Shown piece after piece: positions 9,096-18,530 of a DNA stretch of 44,933 nt. This DNA comes from a virus (lineage: Duplodnaviria; Heunggongvirae; Uroviricota; Caudoviricetes). The position numbers and the translations under genes are program-made. The stretch lies in the IMG/VR virus record IMGVR_UViG_2541047866_000012, one strand, 5' to 3'. The notes beneath the pieces were generated by a model. The model was given only the letters and a program-made list of their open reading frames with translations. It ran no database searches and had not been told where the DNA came from. Every line of letters begins with the position of its first letter. Positions within the stretch are counted from its first letter, which is position 1.

Positions 9096-9639
9096 TCATC
9101 ACTGGAAAGTGGAAAAACAGCCTGAGTGGTACGTGAAAGCTGTCAGAAAAACTATCGCGGCGTTGCCGGGGGGTTACGCTGAAGCTGCTGAGTGGCTGGA
9201 TGTAACAGAGAACGCTTTATTCAACCGCCTTCGTGCAGATGGCGATCAGATTTTCCCGCTGGGATGGGCAATGATTTTACAGCGTGCTGCTGGCACTCAC
9301 TACATTGCGGATGCTGTCGCACAGTCTGCTGGTGGGGTGTTTGTATCGCTTCCTGAAATTGAGGAAGTAGAGAACGCAGATATAAACCAGCGCCTGCTGG
9401 AAGTCATCGAACAGATCGGGAGTTACTCAAAGCAGATTCGTTCGGCAATCGAAGATGGGGTAGTGGAGCCACACGAGCAGACAGCAATTAATGATGAATT
9501 GTATCTGTCAATTTCGAAGCTCCAGGAGCATGCGGCACTGGTCTACAAAATTTTCTGCGCTCCAGAAAAGAGTGACGCCCGCGAGTGTGCAGCTCCGGGC
9601 GTCGTGGCGTTTTGTGTCTGTGGAGAAACTAACGCATGA
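9088..9639 (+). CDS. CII-like early regulatory protein (186-type CII / CP76-like, tentative)
   Basis: 183 aa; GTG start with AGGAGG RBS; position after cro; family assignment from memory only. Confidence 0.55.
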   Translation: MGNHHWKVEKQPEWYVKAVRKTIAALPGGYAEAAEWLDVTENALFNRLRADGDQIFPLGWAMILQRAAGTHYIADAVAQSAGGVFVSLPEIEEVENADINQRLLEVIEQIGSYSKQIRSAIEDGVVEPHEQTAINDELYLSISKLQEHAALVYKIFCAPEKSDARECAAPGVVAFCVCGETNA

Positions 9640-10472
9640 ACAGTTTAACGGCAAATAACCGTTTGTCGCAACAGCTGGTGGTCAGTGTCGCTGCACACCT
9701 GTTGTTACGGCATGAATGCAGATTACCAAATCACCTGGCTGTAAGTAACCACAGAGAACTTTACCTGACTGTGGGGGGCGAGTTGTGCAGGAACTTAACC
9801 GCTGGTTTCGTGACGGAAGAGGACTTTATGTTCATGTTATTCGTTGGGAGCCAGAAACACAGCGCGTTATCTATCTTCGCAAAGACTACCCGCATGAGTG
9901 CTTTAGTCCTTTGTGGAAATTCAGGCGTGATTTTGTTGAGTGTGAAGGACCACCAGCACATTGATTCTGCCATTCCGGGACGTTACACTGTTCAGGCACC
10001 TTATAAAGCGGGTGCCGGGCGTGGCGCCCCGGAATTGCATACGGCGACAATTGGCGCGTTAGCGTCTTTTTTGTTGCTACAACTCAGCTATACCCAAATT
10101 ATGGTGGGCTGGGTGGGGGCACCGAAAGGTGCGCCGGTTTCCGTATGCGCCGGTTACGCCAACCCTGCTCAGTTCACCACCAGCGAAATTGGCGTTTCCG
10201 GTGGTGGAAGTTATCCATTGCATACGGAGGCTGCCATCATGGCTACTGTCCCAGCCCTCTCTCGTCTGAATGATGACGACTTACATAAACTCAGTTATGT
10301 AACAACTGCACTACGTGCTCTGCGCAAGGTAACTCTTTCGGATCCGCAGGCACATCAGGTTCTGGTAGAAACCCTTCTTAACTTGCAGGCTGAACGTATT
10401 CGTCTGGCGGATAAGGCTAATTTTCATATTCACCGTCTCCTTAATATCAGCGGAGGGCATCGTCATGCTTAA
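9636..10472 (+). CDS. Hypothetical protein (frame uncertain in 5' third)
   Basis: 278 aa; start and stop overlap neighbours; 3' half shows purine-first / pyrimidine-third codon bias; an alternative frame at 9785-9963 also reads protein-like. Confidence 0.5.
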   Translation: MNSLTANNRLSQQLVVSVAAHLLLRHECRLPNHLAVSNHRELYLTVGGELCRNLTAGFVTEEDFMFMLFVGSQKHSALSIFAKTTRMSALVLCGNSGVILLSVKDHQHIDSAIPGRYTVQAPYKAGAGRGAPELHTATIGALASFLLLQLSYTQIMVGWVGAPKGAPVSVCAGYANPAQFTTSEIGVSGGGSYPLHTEAAIMATVPALSRLNDDDLHKLSYVTTALRALRKVTLSDPQAHQVLVETLLNLQAERIRLADKANFHIHRLLNISGGHRHA

Positions 10473-10701
10473 TCCGTTGATTCTCAATATTTGCCGTTTT
10501 CTTCAGCGTAAAAAAACATCAATTCCTACAGTTGGGCAGTGGTACACCACGCCTGCAGGGCATGTTCTACGTGTTAGCCTGGTTGACCGTGAATGTCAGA
10601 AGGTGATTTGTGAACCGCTGGGCCGTAATTACCGCGTCAGTATGCCGCTTATAGCCTTTTGCTCCGGAAAAATGTTTAAGCGTCTGGGAGGTGTGGCGTG
10701 A
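10465..10701 (+). CDS. Hypothetical small protein
   Basis: 78 aa; GGAGGG RBS; start and stop overlap neighbours. Confidence 0.5.
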   Translation: MLNPLILNICRFLQRKKTSIPTVGQWYTTPAGHVLRVSLVDRECQKVICEPLGRNYRVSMPLIAFCSGKMFKRLGGVA

Positions 10702-10997
10702 ACTGTTTTCAGTTTGTGTGCGGATGTGCTTTCGATAACCCGATTCAGCGCCTGATTATGTTGCGTGTTTTGATGTCGGGTTCTTCAGACGGTGAAGGCG
10801 AGAGAGTTATTGATCATCAGGTGCTTGCTGATTTCTGCTGTTGTTCTAAGCAAGCGATATTCAGGGAAACCCTGGCACTGGAAAGAGCTGGTTATCTTCA
10901 TATCCGAAAAATTGCAACGCTTACTATTGATGCAAAAGCCAGACTACAACCTGCGCGTGGCTACACAATTCTCATGCTGCGGAAGGAGGTTGTATGA
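10698..10997 (+). CDS. Hypothetical protein, possible HTH
   Basis: 99 aa; GTG start with GGAGG RBS 7 nt upstream; overlapping stops and starts. Confidence 0.55.
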   Translation: MNCFQFVCGCAFDNPIQRLIMLRVLMSGSSDGEGERVIDHQVLADFCCCSKQAIFRETLALERAGYLHIRKIATLTIDAKARLQPARGYTILMLRKEVV

Positions 10998-11989
10998 GCC
11001 GTTACGCCCCCACACCGGAAGTTATGGCTATTGGTCAAATTAATATTTCCGGCAATGTTACACCTGCGACCTGGTGGAAATATATTCGACTACCCAGTGG
11101 GCGTCCGGATGCGACGGCTATCGCTCTGCTTTCAGAGATCGTTTACTGGTACCGCCCGACAGAGGTCAGGGATGAGCACACCGGAGCGTTGCTGGGATAT
11201 CGCAAGCGTTTTCAGGGCGACAAACTGCAAAGAAGCTACCAGGCGTTTGCTGAGCAGTTTGGTTTCGGGAAAAGGGAAACCGCAGATGCGCTGAAGCGTC
11301 TGCGCGATGCAGGGTTTATTACTCTGGATTTACGCACGGTGGAAATGCTCGATGGGGTGAAATGCAGCAATATTTTGTTTGTCGGGATCAACCCACAGGC
11401 AATTGCGGCCATCACCACACCTTCTTCTGTTTCGCCAGAAAGTAACAGCAATAATGCAATCAGCGATACAGCTATTACGTTAAAACGGAACACCCCCCGA
11501 CGTCATAACGGAACAGGGGATACGCCGAATGTTGATACAAATACAGAGATTACTACAGAGATTACTACAGAGATTACAACGGAGACTAAAAACACTATTG
11601 GCGCATCCGCTGACGCGTCTGCACCAGCGCGTTCTGCCAGACAGGAATATTCACCGGAATTTGAACAGGCCTGGCAGGAATATCCCAAACGTGCTGGTGG
11701 TAATTCAAAATCCGCCGCTTTTAAAGCCTGGAAAGCCCGAATCAGGGAAGGTGTGACACCCGAAACCATGCTCGACGGTGTGAAACGCTATGCCGCCTGG
11801 GTGCGTGTCTCTGGAAATACCGGTACCCAGTTCGTGAAGCAGGCGTCGACGTTCTTTGGTCCGGATCGTCATTTCGAAGAATCCTGGGAAGTTCCTGCAG
11901 TATCTGCAGCCAGACGCGAGGACCCGTACTTCAAAGCCAGTTACGACAACGTGGACTACAGCCAGATCCCGGCAGGATTCAGGGGGTGA
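10994..11989 (+). CDS. Replication initiator (O-like replisome organiser) with internal iterons
   Basis: 331 aa; N-terminal replisome-organiser-like region; internal EITTEITTEITTE encoded by 12-bp tandem repeats. Confidence 0.75.
   Translation: MSRYAPTPEVMAIGQINISGNVTPATWWKYIRLPSGRPDATAIALLSEIVYWYRPTEVRDEHTGALLGYRKRFQGDKLQRSYQAFAEQFGFGKRETADALKRLRDAGFITLDLRTVEMLDGVKCSNILFVGINPQAIAAITTPSSVSPESNSNNAISDTAITLKRNTPRRHNGTGDTPNVDTNTEITTEITTEITTETKNTIGASADASAPARSARQEYSPEFEQAWQEYPKRAGGNSKSAAFKAWKARIREGVTPETMLDGVKRYAAWVRVSGNTGTQFVKQASTFFGPDRHFEESWEVPAVSAARREDPYFKASYDNVDYSQIPAGFRG
11543..11587 (+). repeat. About 3.5 tandem copies of 12-bp unit ACAGAGATTACT inside the replication gene; candidate ori iterons
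   Basis: Repeats directly visible; lambda ori likewise lies inside gene O. Confidence 0.45.
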
Positions 11990-11991
11990 TT

Positions 11992-12480
11992 ATGAGTCTT
12001 TTGAATGAAGTTCAGAAATTCATTGAAGCCCATCCGGGGTGTACTTCTGGAGACATTGCGGATGCTTTTGCTGGTTACTCACGGCAGCGCGTTCTGCAGT
12101 CAGCAAGCAAGTTACGTCAGAGTGGGCGTGTGGCTCACCGTTGTGAAGGAGATACACGCAGACATTTCCCGCGCCTGACTGAGAGAGCGCAGGAGCCGGA
12201 ACCACAATCTGTTCGTGAAACCAGACCTGTGCGCAATTTCTATGTCGGCACTAACGACCCCCGGGTGATTTTGTGCCTGACCCGCCTGGCTGAAGAACTG
12301 GAGTCCAGGGGCTTATTCCGTCGAGCTGCAACGGTGTGGATGGAGGCATTCCGTGAAAGCCACTCCCAGCCAGAACGAAACAATTTTCTGGCGCATCGTG
12401 AGCGGTGCTTACGGAAAAGCAGCAAGCGCGCTGCATCGGGTGAAGAGTGGTATCTGTCAGGGAATTACGTGGGGGCTTAA
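11992..12480 (+). CDS. PerC-family-like transcriptional regulator with N-terminal winged-helix-like region (tentative)
   Basis: About 162 aa from ATG 11992 (AGGGGG RBS); C-terminal LAEELESRGLFRRAATVWMEAF resembles the PerC motif. Confidence 0.55.
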   Translation: MSLLNEVQKFIEAHPGCTSGDIADAFAGYSRQRVLQSASKLRQSGRVAHRCEGDTRRHFPRLTERAQEPEPQSVRETRPVRNFYVGTNDPRVILCLTRLAEELESRGLFRRAATVWMEAFRESHSQPERNNFLAHRERCLRKSSKRAASGEEWYLSGNYVGA

Positions 12481-13133
12481 TGAGTAATAAATATTGCCAG
12501 GCGCTGGTGGAGCTGCGGAACAAACCAGCCCATGAACTGAAGGAAGTGGGCGATCAGTGGCGCACGCCGGACAACATTTTCTGGGGAATTAACACCCTGT
12601 TTGGCCCGTTTGTTCTGGATCTGTTTACTGATGGTGATAACGCCAAATGTGCCGCTTATTACACTGCGGAAGACAACGCGCTGGCGCATGACTGGTCAGA
12701 ACGTCTTGCGGAGCTTAAAGGTGCTGCCTTTGGTAATCCCCCGTACAGCCGCGCGAGTCAGCATGAGGGGCAATACATCACCGGCATGCGTTACATCATG
12801 AAACATGCCAGTGCTATGCGTGATAAAGGCGGGCGCTATGTTTTCCTGATCAAAGCTGCCACCAGCGAAGTTTGGTGGCCGGAAGATGCAGACCATATTG
12901 CTTTTATTCGCGGGCGTATTGGTTTTGAACTGCCAGCCTGGTTTATCCCGAAGGACGAGAAGCAGGTGCCGACAGGCGCTTTCTTCGCTGGTGCTATTGC
13001 TGTTTTCGACAAGACCTGGAAGGGACCGGCAATCAGCTACATCGGGCGCGATGAACTTGAGGCATGTGGTGAGGCCTTTCTGGCGCAGGTTCGCCAGCAG
13101 GCGGAAAAACTGGTCAGGGAGATGGCGGCATGA
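12480..13133 (+). CDS. Phage N6-adenine DNA methyltransferase (Dam-type, orphan)
   Basis: 217 aa; catalytic FGNPPYS (NPPY) motif; TAATG overlap with upstream gene; no adjacent restriction enzyme. Confidence 0.85.
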   Translation: MSNKYCQALVELRNKPAHELKEVGDQWRTPDNIFWGINTLFGPFVLDLFTDGDNAKCAAYYTAEDNALAHDWSERLAELKGAAFGNPPYSRASQHEGQYITGMRYIMKHASAMRDKGGRYVFLIKAATSEVWWPEDADHIAFIRGRIGFELPAWFIPKDEKQVPTGAFFAGAIAVFDKTWKGPAISYIGRDELEACGEAFLAQVRQQAEKLVREMAA

Positions 13134-13456
13134 CGACATTAACTCAATGCCAGCAGCAGGTGCTGGATATGCTGATTTCTTACCAGAAAGAACGTGGCTT
13201 CCCGCCAACCAATCAGGAGGTGGCAACCATGCTGGGATACCGTTCAGTGAATGCAGCGGTGGAGCATCTTCGCGCACTGGAGAAAAAAGGCGTCATCACG
13301 ATAAAGCGTGGTGTGGCCCGGGGGATCACGCTTCATACCGCGGTGAAGGACGACGACAGCGAGGCGGTCGGGATTATCCGCTCACTGCTTGCCGGTGAGG
13401 AAAACGCAAGGCTGTGTGCAACCCACTGGTTACATGAGAGAGGCCTGAAAGTATGA
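13130..13456 (+). CDS. LexA-like DNA-binding protein (N-terminal domain only, no S24 peptidase)
   Basis: 108 aa; LTQCQQQVLDMLISYQKERGFPPTNQEVATMLGYRSVNAAVEHLRALEKKGVI closely resembles the LexA N-terminal winged helix. Confidence 0.75.
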   Translation: MTTLTQCQQQVLDMLISYQKERGFPPTNQEVATMLGYRSVNAAVEHLRALEKKGVITIKRGVARGITLHTAVKDDDSEAVGIIRSLLAGEENARLCATHWLHERGLKV

Positions 13457-13842
13457 AGCTGATCCTGCCTTTTCCGCCCAGCGTGAACACGTACTGGCGA
13501 CACCCCAACAAAGGGGCGTTTGCAGGTAAGAGCCTGATAAGCGCGGCGGGGCGAAAATTCCAGAGCGCGGCGTGTGCAGCAATAGTTGAGCAGTTACGTC
13601 GTCTGCCAAAACCAACGTCGGCACCTGCTTCAGTGGAGATCGTGTTGTTTCCTCCGGATAACCGGATCCGCGATCTGGACAACTATAACAAGGCGCTGTT
13701 TGACGCCTTGACCCACGCGGGTGTGTGGGAAGACGACAGTCAGGTGAAAAGAATGCTGGTTGAGTGGGGACCGGTTATCCCGAAAGGGAAGGTCGAGATC
13801 ACTATCAGTAAGTATGAGAAACCGGCGGGTGCAGCCGCCTGA
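13453..13842 (+). CDS. rusA: Holliday junction resolvase RusA
   Basis: 129 aa; RusA-like motifs incl. DLDNYNKALFDALT. Confidence 0.9.
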   Translation: MKLILPFPPSVNTYWRHPNKGAFAGKSLISAAGRKFQSAACAAIVEQLRRLPKPTSAPASVEIVLFPPDNRIRDLDNYNKALFDALTHAGVWEDDSQVKRMLVEWGPVIPKGKVEITISKYEKPAGAAA

Positions 13843-13861
13843 TTAAGAGGAGAAACGAAGT

Positions 13862-14659
13862 ATGAATAATCTGATGGTCATTGATGGTATTGAAGTTCGT
13901 CGTGATGCTTATGGTCGTTACAGCCTGAACGATCTTCACAGGGCTGCCGGTTCTCTGGATAAGCATAAGCCTGCATTCTGGCTCCGCAATGAGCAAACTG
14001 AACATTTAATAAGCGAGTTGCAGATTTGCAACTCGGTCAATATAGAGCCAGTTAACGTTATTCGTGGCGGAAATAACCAGGGGACGTATGTCTGCAAAGA
14101 ACTGGTGTATGCCTATGCAATGTGGATAAGCCCGTCATTCCATCTTAAGGTGATCCGTACTTTCGATATGGTAACCAGCGTACCGGAAAAATTATCCGGG
14201 CAGGCTGCTGACAAGATGCAGGCTGGTGTGATTCTGCTGGACTTTATGCGCCGGGAATTAAATCTGTCTAACTCTTCAGTGCTTGGTGCCTGTCAGAAAC
14301 TCCAGGAGGCTGTTGGCTTACCGAATCTGGCACCGCGCTATGCCATTGATGCTCCTGCTGACGCGCCTGATGGCTCAAGCCGCCCCACGCTGTCACTGAG
14401 TGCACTGCTGAAGCAGTATGGTATCCGCCTGACAGCTAATCAGGCATATCACCAGATGGCGAAGCTGGGGATCGTTGAACAACGTGAACGATACAGCCGT
14501 ACCGAGATTAATAACATCAAAAAATTCTGGTCGCTGACGGCGAAAGGCTGCATGTTCGGCAAGAACATCACCAGTCCGGCAAATCCGCGCGAGACGCAGC
14601 CACACTTCTTCGAATCCCGATTCCCTGAGCTGTTAAAGCTGCTCGATACCGTTCATTGA
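13862..14659 (+). CDS. KilA-N domain protein (antirepressor-like)
   Basis: 265 aa; N-terminal KilA-N signature (IEVRRDAYGRYSLNDLHRAAG...KPAFWLRNEQTEHLI...VYAYAMWISPSFHLKV). Confidence 0.85.
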   Translation: MNNLMVIDGIEVRRDAYGRYSLNDLHRAAGSLDKHKPAFWLRNEQTEHLISELQICNSVNIEPVNVIRGGNNQGTYVCKELVYAYAMWISPSFHLKVIRTFDMVTSVPEKLSGQAADKMQAGVILLDFMRRELNLSNSSVLGACQKLQEAVGLPNLAPRYAIDAPADAPDGSSRPTLSLSALLKQYGIRLTANQAYHQMAKLGIVEQRERYSRTEINNIKKFWSLTAKGCMFGKNITSPANPRETQPHFFESRFPELLKLLDTVH

Positions 14660-14660
14660 G

Positions 14661-15656
14661 GTGACCGTGAGAGCACTACTGACCCCTGAAATTGCCCCGC
14701 GTATGGGGATCGTATTGTTCAGACCCGGTTCAGAGCTGATGCCCCTGTTTATGCAGGGGCGTGTCCTGCTGGAGCCTGAGCCGGAACGTTATTCATCTTT
14801 CGCCAGTGGTGCCGTTCCGGCGGCATCACAACCGCTGGCGGATGATCCTGCCGTTCGGGCCGTGTTCCGCAATGAGGCAGTTATTCGTCGTGCGGGTGGC
14901 GTGGAATGTCTTGAAAGCTGGTTACTTCGTGAAAAGGGCTGTCAGTGGCCTCATTCCGACTGGCACAGCGAGAACATGACCACAATGCGACACGCTCCGG
15001 GCGCAATCCGTCTGTGCTGGCACTGCGATAACCAGCTGCGCGATCAGTTCACGGAACGGCTGGAATCAATGGCAACGGATAACTGTGCCCGCTGGGTGTT
15101 GTCTGTTGTGCGTCGGGATCTCGGTTTTGATGACAGTCACGTTGTGACAATGCCGGAACTGTGCTGGTGGCTGATTCGTAATGACCTGGCGGATGCCTTA
15201 CCGGAAAGTGCAGCCCGTAAGGCACTGAGATTACCAAAGCCTGTTGTGCCGTCTGTCACCCGGGAAAGTGACCTTGTGCCTTCGGTTCCTGCCACCAGCA
15301 TCATCCAGGATAAAGCGAAAAAGGTGCTGGCGCTGAAAGTGGATCCGGAGTCGCCGGAGTCTTATATGTTACGCCCAAAACGTCGCCGCTGGGTTAATGA
15401 AAAGTACACGCGCTGGGTTAAGACACAGCCGTGTGCATGTTGTGGAAAGCCCGCTGATGATCCCCACCACCTGATAGGTCACGGTCAGGGTGGAATGGGA
15501 ACAAAAGCGCATGACCTTTTTGTGTTGCCTTTGTGCAGAAAGCATCACGACGAGCTGCATGCGGATACCGTGGCATTTGAAGAGAAGTATGGCTCCCAGC
15601 TGGAGCTGATATTTCGTTTTATCGATCGTGCGCTGGCAATTGGCGTGCTGGCCTGA
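14661..15656 (+). CDS. DUF968-family phage protein with C-terminal HNH-like Cys/His motif
   Basis: 331 aa; C-terminal CACCGKP...DPHHLIGHG...CRKHHDELH; typical position between rusA and Q. Confidence 0.8.
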   Translation: MTVRALLTPEIAPRMGIVLFRPGSELMPLFMQGRVLLEPEPERYSSFASGAVPAASQPLADDPAVRAVFRNEAVIRRAGGVECLESWLLREKGCQWPHSDWHSENMTTMRHAPGAIRLCWHCDNQLRDQFTERLESMATDNCARWVLSVVRRDLGFDDSHVVTMPELCWWLIRNDLADALPESAARKALRLPKPVVPSVTRESDLVPSVPATSIIQDKAKKVLALKVDPESPESYMLRPKRRRWVNEKYTRWVKTQPCACCGKPADDPHHLIGHGQGGMGTKAHDLFVLPLCRKHHDELHADTVAFEEKYGSQLELIFRFIDRALAIGVLA

Positions 15657-15673
15657 TTTTGTGGAGAAAGTTG

Positions 15674-16039
15674 ATGCGTGATATTCAAATGGTTCTTGAA
15701 CATTGGGGGGCATGGGTGGCAAATAATCACGAGGATGTCACCTGGTCGTCTATTGCTGCAGGATTTAAAGGACTAATCCCTTCAAAAGTAAAATCCCGCC
15801 CGCAATGTTGTGACGATGATGCGATGATCATTTGTGGGTGCATGGCTCGCTTGAAAAAGAACAACAGCGATTTGCACGATTTATTAGTGGATTATTATGT
15901 AGGTGGTATGACGTTTATGGCGCTTGCCCGTAAACATGGGCGTTCTGATTGCTGGGTTGGGCGTTTATTGCAAAAGGCTGAAGGTGTAGTTGATGGCATG
16001 TTAATGATGTTAGAAATTGAGCTAGAGATGGATCGTTAG
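15674..16039 (+). CDS. Q: Late-gene antiterminator Q (82/21-type)
   Basis: 121 aa from ATG 15674 (GGAG RBS); [34 protein letters not shown]...CGCMARLKK matches recalled Q-family sequences. Confidence 0.85.
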   Translation: MRDIQMVLEHWGAWVANNHEDVTWSSIAAGFKGLIPSKVKSRPQCCDDDAMIICGCMARLKKNNSDLHDLLVDYYVGGMTFMALARKHGRSDCWVGRLLQKAEGVVDGMLMMLEIELEMDR

Positions 16040-16081
16040 AAGACCTCTTATTGAGGGGGTAATTGAATCAGTTTAATGTGT

Positions 16082-16112
16082 GGGGAGTCGATTTATTCTC
16101 CCCATTTTATTT
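16082..16112. terminator. Bidirectional intrinsic terminator between convergent Q and lipoprotein genes
   Basis: Hairpin GGGGAG-N10-CTCCCC followed by ATTTTATTT; lies between Q stop (16039) and lipoprotein stop (16124). Confidence 0.65.
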
Positions 16113-16123
16113 AATTAATTTAC

Positions 16124-16570
16124 TTAAGGTTTTAATTCATCAAGACGTTGTTGGATAGTGTTTTTGCTTGCGTTGTCTGTTATAGCCATTTGTTGTACTT
16201 GCCCCATTGCCATTTGAGTTTCCATCCACATATCGGCCCACACTTTTGTATCGTTATTAACTTGAGCGATAGTAAATCTGACTTTTGATACCGGGGTTGT
16301 TGAATAGGCATTGCCGATTAACATTTGTCCAAAAACGGCAGAGCCGCCTTCCAGTTCTTTACCACATATAACACTGCTGTTATCCGCGTTGTAAATTATC
16401 AACCCTCTACTATTGCAGTAATTCACAAGGGCATCTTTGACTTTATCTTTTGTCGTATTTTGATAAACCCCCTCAGGTTTTCCTGATTGAGTTTTCTTTA
16501 TCAATGGTACGGAAGAAGTACAACCTGAAATGATAGTTGCGCTAAGTAATAGTACAGTTATTTTATTCAT
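16124..16570 (-). CDS. AT-rich predicted lipoprotein (moron), unknown function
   Basis: 148 aa; signal peptide with lipobox ISGC (Cys17); opposite strand to flanking phage genes; lower G+C by eye. Confidence 0.8.
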   Translation of the reverse strand: MNKITVLLLSATIISGCTSSVPLIKKTQSGKPEGVYQNTTKDKVKDALVNYCNSRGLIIYNADNSSVICGKELEGGSAVFGQMLIGNAYSTTPVSKVRFTIAQVNNDTKVWADMWMETQMAMGQVQQMAITDNASKNTIQQRLDELKP

Positions 16571-16840
16571 GTTTCTTATCCATTGTTAAGGGCATACCCA
16601 CACAATTATTTTTATTGGAGATGAATAATCAACCGTTTACAATCGTAAAAAATCAAATATGCTGTTAAGAGTGGTTACTTCGCCACACAACTTAAACCCG
16701 CCGCTGAGCGGTTTTTTTGTACCTGTAAACTTGGTGCAGTACAGTAAACACGCTGGTGGTCGTGAATACTGACTTTTTATCTTGCTGGCTTTTTAGACAA
16801 GAGTTATTGGTATGTCATGTTAATCAGAAGGGAAAAAGAC

Positions 16841-17044
16841 ATGCTAAAACAGCAAGATATGACAGAAACCGCCGCCGCAGTCCTTCATTTCTTACCTGCT
16901 GACAAGTGGGTAACGCCACGCATGATGACGAGAACTACCGGAGTAAGCGAAGCCCAGTGCCAGTTAATACTGACTCAGTTAGTTCTGGCGGGTCTGGCGA
17001 AGGATAACGGCGGGTACGGGAATAAATTCAGACGCTGCCAGTAA
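16841..17044 (+). CDS. Hypothetical small protein (uncertain)
   Basis: About 67 aa from ATG 16841; weak RBS; no recognisable motif. Confidence 0.35.
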   Translation: MLKQQDMTETAAAVLHFLPADKWVTPRMMTRTTGVSEAQCQLILTQLVLAGLAKDNGGYGNKFRRCQ

Positions 17045-17194
17045 TGGCGGTTTCCTGCTGTGAAAATGGGCGGCTGGTGGGTGTTGGTAGCACCTGCCAG
17101 CCATTCGCTCATGCTTACTGGTCACAAGCGAACCACGGCCCACTGCTTTAGCGCAAAAGCAGAGTGAGCCTACCAGAGTTACGCTTACTGATCC

Positions 17195-18247
17195 ATGAAA
17201 AATACTGTAAGAATAAACAGTGTTGATTTAATCAACGCTGATTGCCTGCATTTTATTCAGTCCCTGCCTGATGATTCCATTGACCTGATTGTTACCGATC
17301 CGCCGTACTTCAAGGTGAAACCCAACGGCTGGGACAATCAGTGGAAAGGGGACGAAGATTACCTTAAGTGGCTGGACCACTGTCTGGCCCAGTTCTGGCG
17401 GGTGTTAAAACCTGCCGGAAGCCTTTACCTGTTCTGTGGGCATCGTCTGGCATCTGATATTGAGGTCATGATGCGTGAACGTTTCAACGTGCTTAACCAT
17501 ATCATCTGGGCGAAGCCGTCCGGACGTTGGAATGGGTGTAATAAAGAAAGTCTGCGCGCATATTTTCCTGCCACAGAGCGCGTTCTGTTTGCTGAACATT
17601 ACCAGGGGCCATATCGCGGCAAAAGTGACGGCTATGCGGCAAAAGAAAGGGAACTCAAACAGCACATAATGGCACCGCTGATATCGTATTTCAGGGATGC
17701 TCGTGCCGAACTGGGTATAACGGCAAAACAAATTGCCGAAGCCACAGGTAAGAAAAATATGGTTTCCCACTGGTTTGGTGCCAGTCAGTGGCAGTTGCCG
17801 AATGAGGCTGACTATCGGAAGTTACAGGCACTGTTTTCCCGTATAGCGGCAGAGAAGTTTCAGGAACAACAACTGGAACAACCACACCACCAGCTGGTGG
17901 CATCTTATGATTCACTGAATCGCAAATATTCTGAATTGCTGGATGAGTTTAAATCTCTCCGGCGCTATTTCTCCGTATCAGTCTCCGTGCCTTATACCGA
18001 TGTCTGGATGCATAAACCCGTTCAGTTCTACCCGGGTAAACATCCGTGTGAGAAACCGGCGGATATGCTCAGGCAAATAATCAATGCCAGTAGTCGACCT
18101 GGTGATCTGGTTGCTGATTTTTTTATGGGATCCGGTTCCACAATAAAAGCAGCAATGGCGCTGGGGCGTCGGGCCTTAGGTGTTGAGCTTGAGTCAGAGC
18201 GGTTTAACCAGACAGTGAAAGAGATAAACGAGCTGGTGGGGAAATAA
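17195..18247 (+). CDS. DNA methyltransferase (beta-class N6-adenine / N4-cytosine, orphan)
   Basis: 350 aa; motif [10 protein letters not shown] near N-terminus and motif I FFMGSGST near C-terminus. Confidence 0.85.
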
Positions 18248-18314
18248 TTTGGTGGCCACGTCAGGTGGCCTTTTTATTTCCATTACACAGCACCCGCATC
18301 TGCGAGGTGGGGTT

Positions 18315-18530
18315 ATGAAATCCATGGATAAGTTAACAACGGGTGTCGCCTATGGCACCTCAGCAGGTAGTGCCGGTTACTGGTTTTTACAGCTGCTCGA
18401 TAAAGTCACGCCCTCACAGTGGGCAGCAATAGGTGTGCTGGGTAGCCTGGTATTTGGCCTGCTGACGTACCTGACAAACCTTTATTTCAAGATTAAAGAA
18501 GATAAGCGCAAGGCTGCGAGAGGTGAATAA
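18315..18530 (+). CDS. Holin (class II, EssD-like)
   Basis: 71 aa from ATG 18315 ([10 protein letters not shown]...); matches recalled DLP12-type holin; two hydrophobic helices. Confidence 0.9.

Noticed and set aside
12696-13277. 193-aa minus-strand ORF
   Set aside because: Antisense to the Dam-type methyltransferase and LexA-like genes, which have clear motifs and coupled starts.
16571-17194. Possible tRNA genes in the Q-to-lysis intergenic regions
   Set aside because: No cloverleaf-compatible sequence or conserved T-loop-like motif seen by eye; a tRNA scan would be needed to exclude fully.
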